64,000 bases of DNA from Laetmonice hystrix. Lineage: Eukaryota. This document shows, piece after piece, positions 61,896-64,000 of the stretch. A program made the translations under genes and the position numbers. The DNA is taken from contig OZ249436.1 in the NCBI GenBank assembly GCA_965235115.1, positions 28,584,001 through 28,648,000 on the forward strand, written 5' to 3'. Under the pieces are notes generated by a model. The model saw only the letters and a program-made list of their open reading frames with translations. It was not told the DNA's origin and did no database searches. Numbering within the stretch: the stretch's first letter is position 1; the number at the start of each line of letters is the position of its first letter.

Positions 61896-64000
61896 ACCTA
61901 TCGAGAAACTCCCTTTTATCGAAACGCAGCCTAAAAGCAGATGAAGCAGCAATGTTGACATTGGGCACCTAATGTACGTGCTAAACAAAATCTTAGTTTA
62001 ATAGCGAATTGAAAAGATTTGTATGTACGTATACAAGTTATTAATTAGGAGGAGATTTATGTATGGCGTAAATAGTTTAATACCTTTTAAATGGGAAATT
62101 TTATCATTACTCCAGCAATATTTATCAAGTGAAAACGCTTTAGATCATGAAGTAACGGTTTGGGTTTTCATGGGCACACACCGGAGTGATGGTTGTAATG
62201 AGGACCAACACTGAAATATTAACCTCGCCTGATGTTTTAGTATGATATATTATTTACATTTTTGCAATTTGTTCTCTAATAATTACCCTGAGGCGCTGTG
62301 GGAAATTGAAGCCAGCGGTGAAGTTACCATCTAATGGCGGGACTAAGTTTATGGAAGGAACCAGCTGTAATGTGATGTAATAAGCGCGACCATGTTTGAA
62401 TCAGTCATTGGAGGGGAATTAGGGATAAGCGGATTGCTATAGATGAGAAGTAACAGGAGGTATGGGCGAATGGACCTTTTGTATAGGATGCACTATAATA
62501 ATAATGGACTATTTTTAGGATGGACATGAGTATAGGATCTCTGCATATGGCTTCTCCCATGTCCTTTGTATTTGTAATAGTATTATGTGTATTACTGAAG
62601 AAAGGCCCCATCATTGGCATATATATACGACTATAACAAAAGGTTTCTCTCCGCAGTCAGACTGGCCAAACCAATAAAATGGTATGAGCCTACTCGATTT
62701 TACAGCCCTTCATTGATTGGACTGACTTGAATCGTCCTCTCGCCCTGCTAACCCGTTCACACACGTGTGGTCGAGCAAAATCTGCTGATCGATGAACATA
62801 TTTAAATAATGCTGTCCAGACCTTGACCGACCTGCATTAAAGGCCAACCTCTTCCCGAAAATAATACATCTTCTAATGGTGTAATATAGTTTGCTTGTAT
62901 CATGTACATTTATTCTCCCAATGCTAATACGGCTCTGTGACAAAAAGGCCTTGCAGGGCTTTCAGGACTCGCAACATGGGTAATTCCACTCCTTATTTGT
63001 CTATTTGTCATCACATCGAGGTAAAGTCCTGAGTCCACTCTACTAACCTTTACAAAATCGTGCCTGTCACATCAGTGAACGTTGAACTATCAAGCTTGCA
63101 TAGATGGGTATTATACCAGGCGTGTTCCTTTGCGGGTTTATATAACAATGCTGTGAAAGGGGCCTGGAACGTCACTTCAACCGATTCCTCACATTCCACT
63201 TCTAAGCCTGAACGCTGTAGAAGCTCTAAGTTACTACATCTCAGAGTGTTTTTGGAGGACATAGATTGCTAGCAATAATATTCATGTTGCACCTCTCCTA
63301 CAAAGGCTCTGGTAAAATGGCTTCCAATTCTCTCCATTTTGATGACTAAGCACATTATTGTCATTGGATATTGATCCATGACGGTTCTTAATGGGGCTCG
63401 ATTTCATGAAGTATTGCCATGCACATGCGCCAGTTTTCAACAGAGTGTCATCCAAAATGGCTTACACGTCCTAAATGATTGGGGAATCCATATCGAAATT
63501 GAAGCTCTGGCCGTTTGGCAGCATTCTCGGTTCACAAACTAGTTGTCCCGCGCTGCACTTGGTTCAGTTGCGTGCAACTTGTCCTTCGATTAAAAGTCGT
63601 AGTAACAGCGGCGACAGCCATTTATTGACCTTCGTAAGTGCCAAGTTACGTGCCAATATTATGACGAACTGTTTTTATGTCCCTTGGCTTTGAGGAAACG
63701 CAATAATTTACGGCATATACGATCCTATATGTAAGGCCTACGATCCGGCCAACGGCCATGAAATGTAGTAGTGTCGGGATATCTTTCGTAGCAAGGCTTT
63801 CGGACACCATAGATTACATGTGTACAACACACCGAACGGCCTATTTTATACGAGAGATAATTATCACACAGGATCATAACGCCGACTCCTTGTTCATTTG
63901 AGCACTCTTTAACGTTCACAGATCTGTGAACGTACCCGAATCTCATGAAGCGTCGGTACCACCACCGACAAGGTATATAGAAAGCAATTTGAGTGTTCAA

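Noticed and set aside
56779..64000. Possible downstream alpha-kinase or NUDT9-H exons (TRPM7/TRPM2-type fusion)
   Set aside because: In-frame stop at 56778 and no such motifs seen in downstream translations; small exons could still be missed by eye.

Overview
Eukaryotic (invertebrate metazoan-like) genomic DNA, not prokaryotic. Most of the window is one + strand multi-exon TRPM cation-channel gene of the TRPM1/3/6/7 group, closest in motifs to TRPM3 and invertebrate Trpm. I assembled 24 GT-AG exons by hand from 11949 to the stop at 56778. They total 5064 nt in one continuous frame (about 1687 aa); the start-codon exon was not found. No alpha-kinase or NUDT9-H domain is visible. The introns carry many MITEs, decayed transposon fragments and minisatellites. 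The most unusual feature is that three tandem arrays are amplified copies of the gene's own exon-intron junctions: about 16 copies of the donor at 23762, about 13 copies of the acceptor at 50723 and about 18 copies of the donor at 53465. Real splice sites therefore sit next to long runs of near-identical decoy sites. Also notable are a cluster of candidate phase-0 cassette/micro-exons (40.6-44.2 kb), a triple-nested MITE, and an inverted MITE pair bracketing a frame-symmetric five-exon block. All family assignments come from motif recognition by eye, without database searches.
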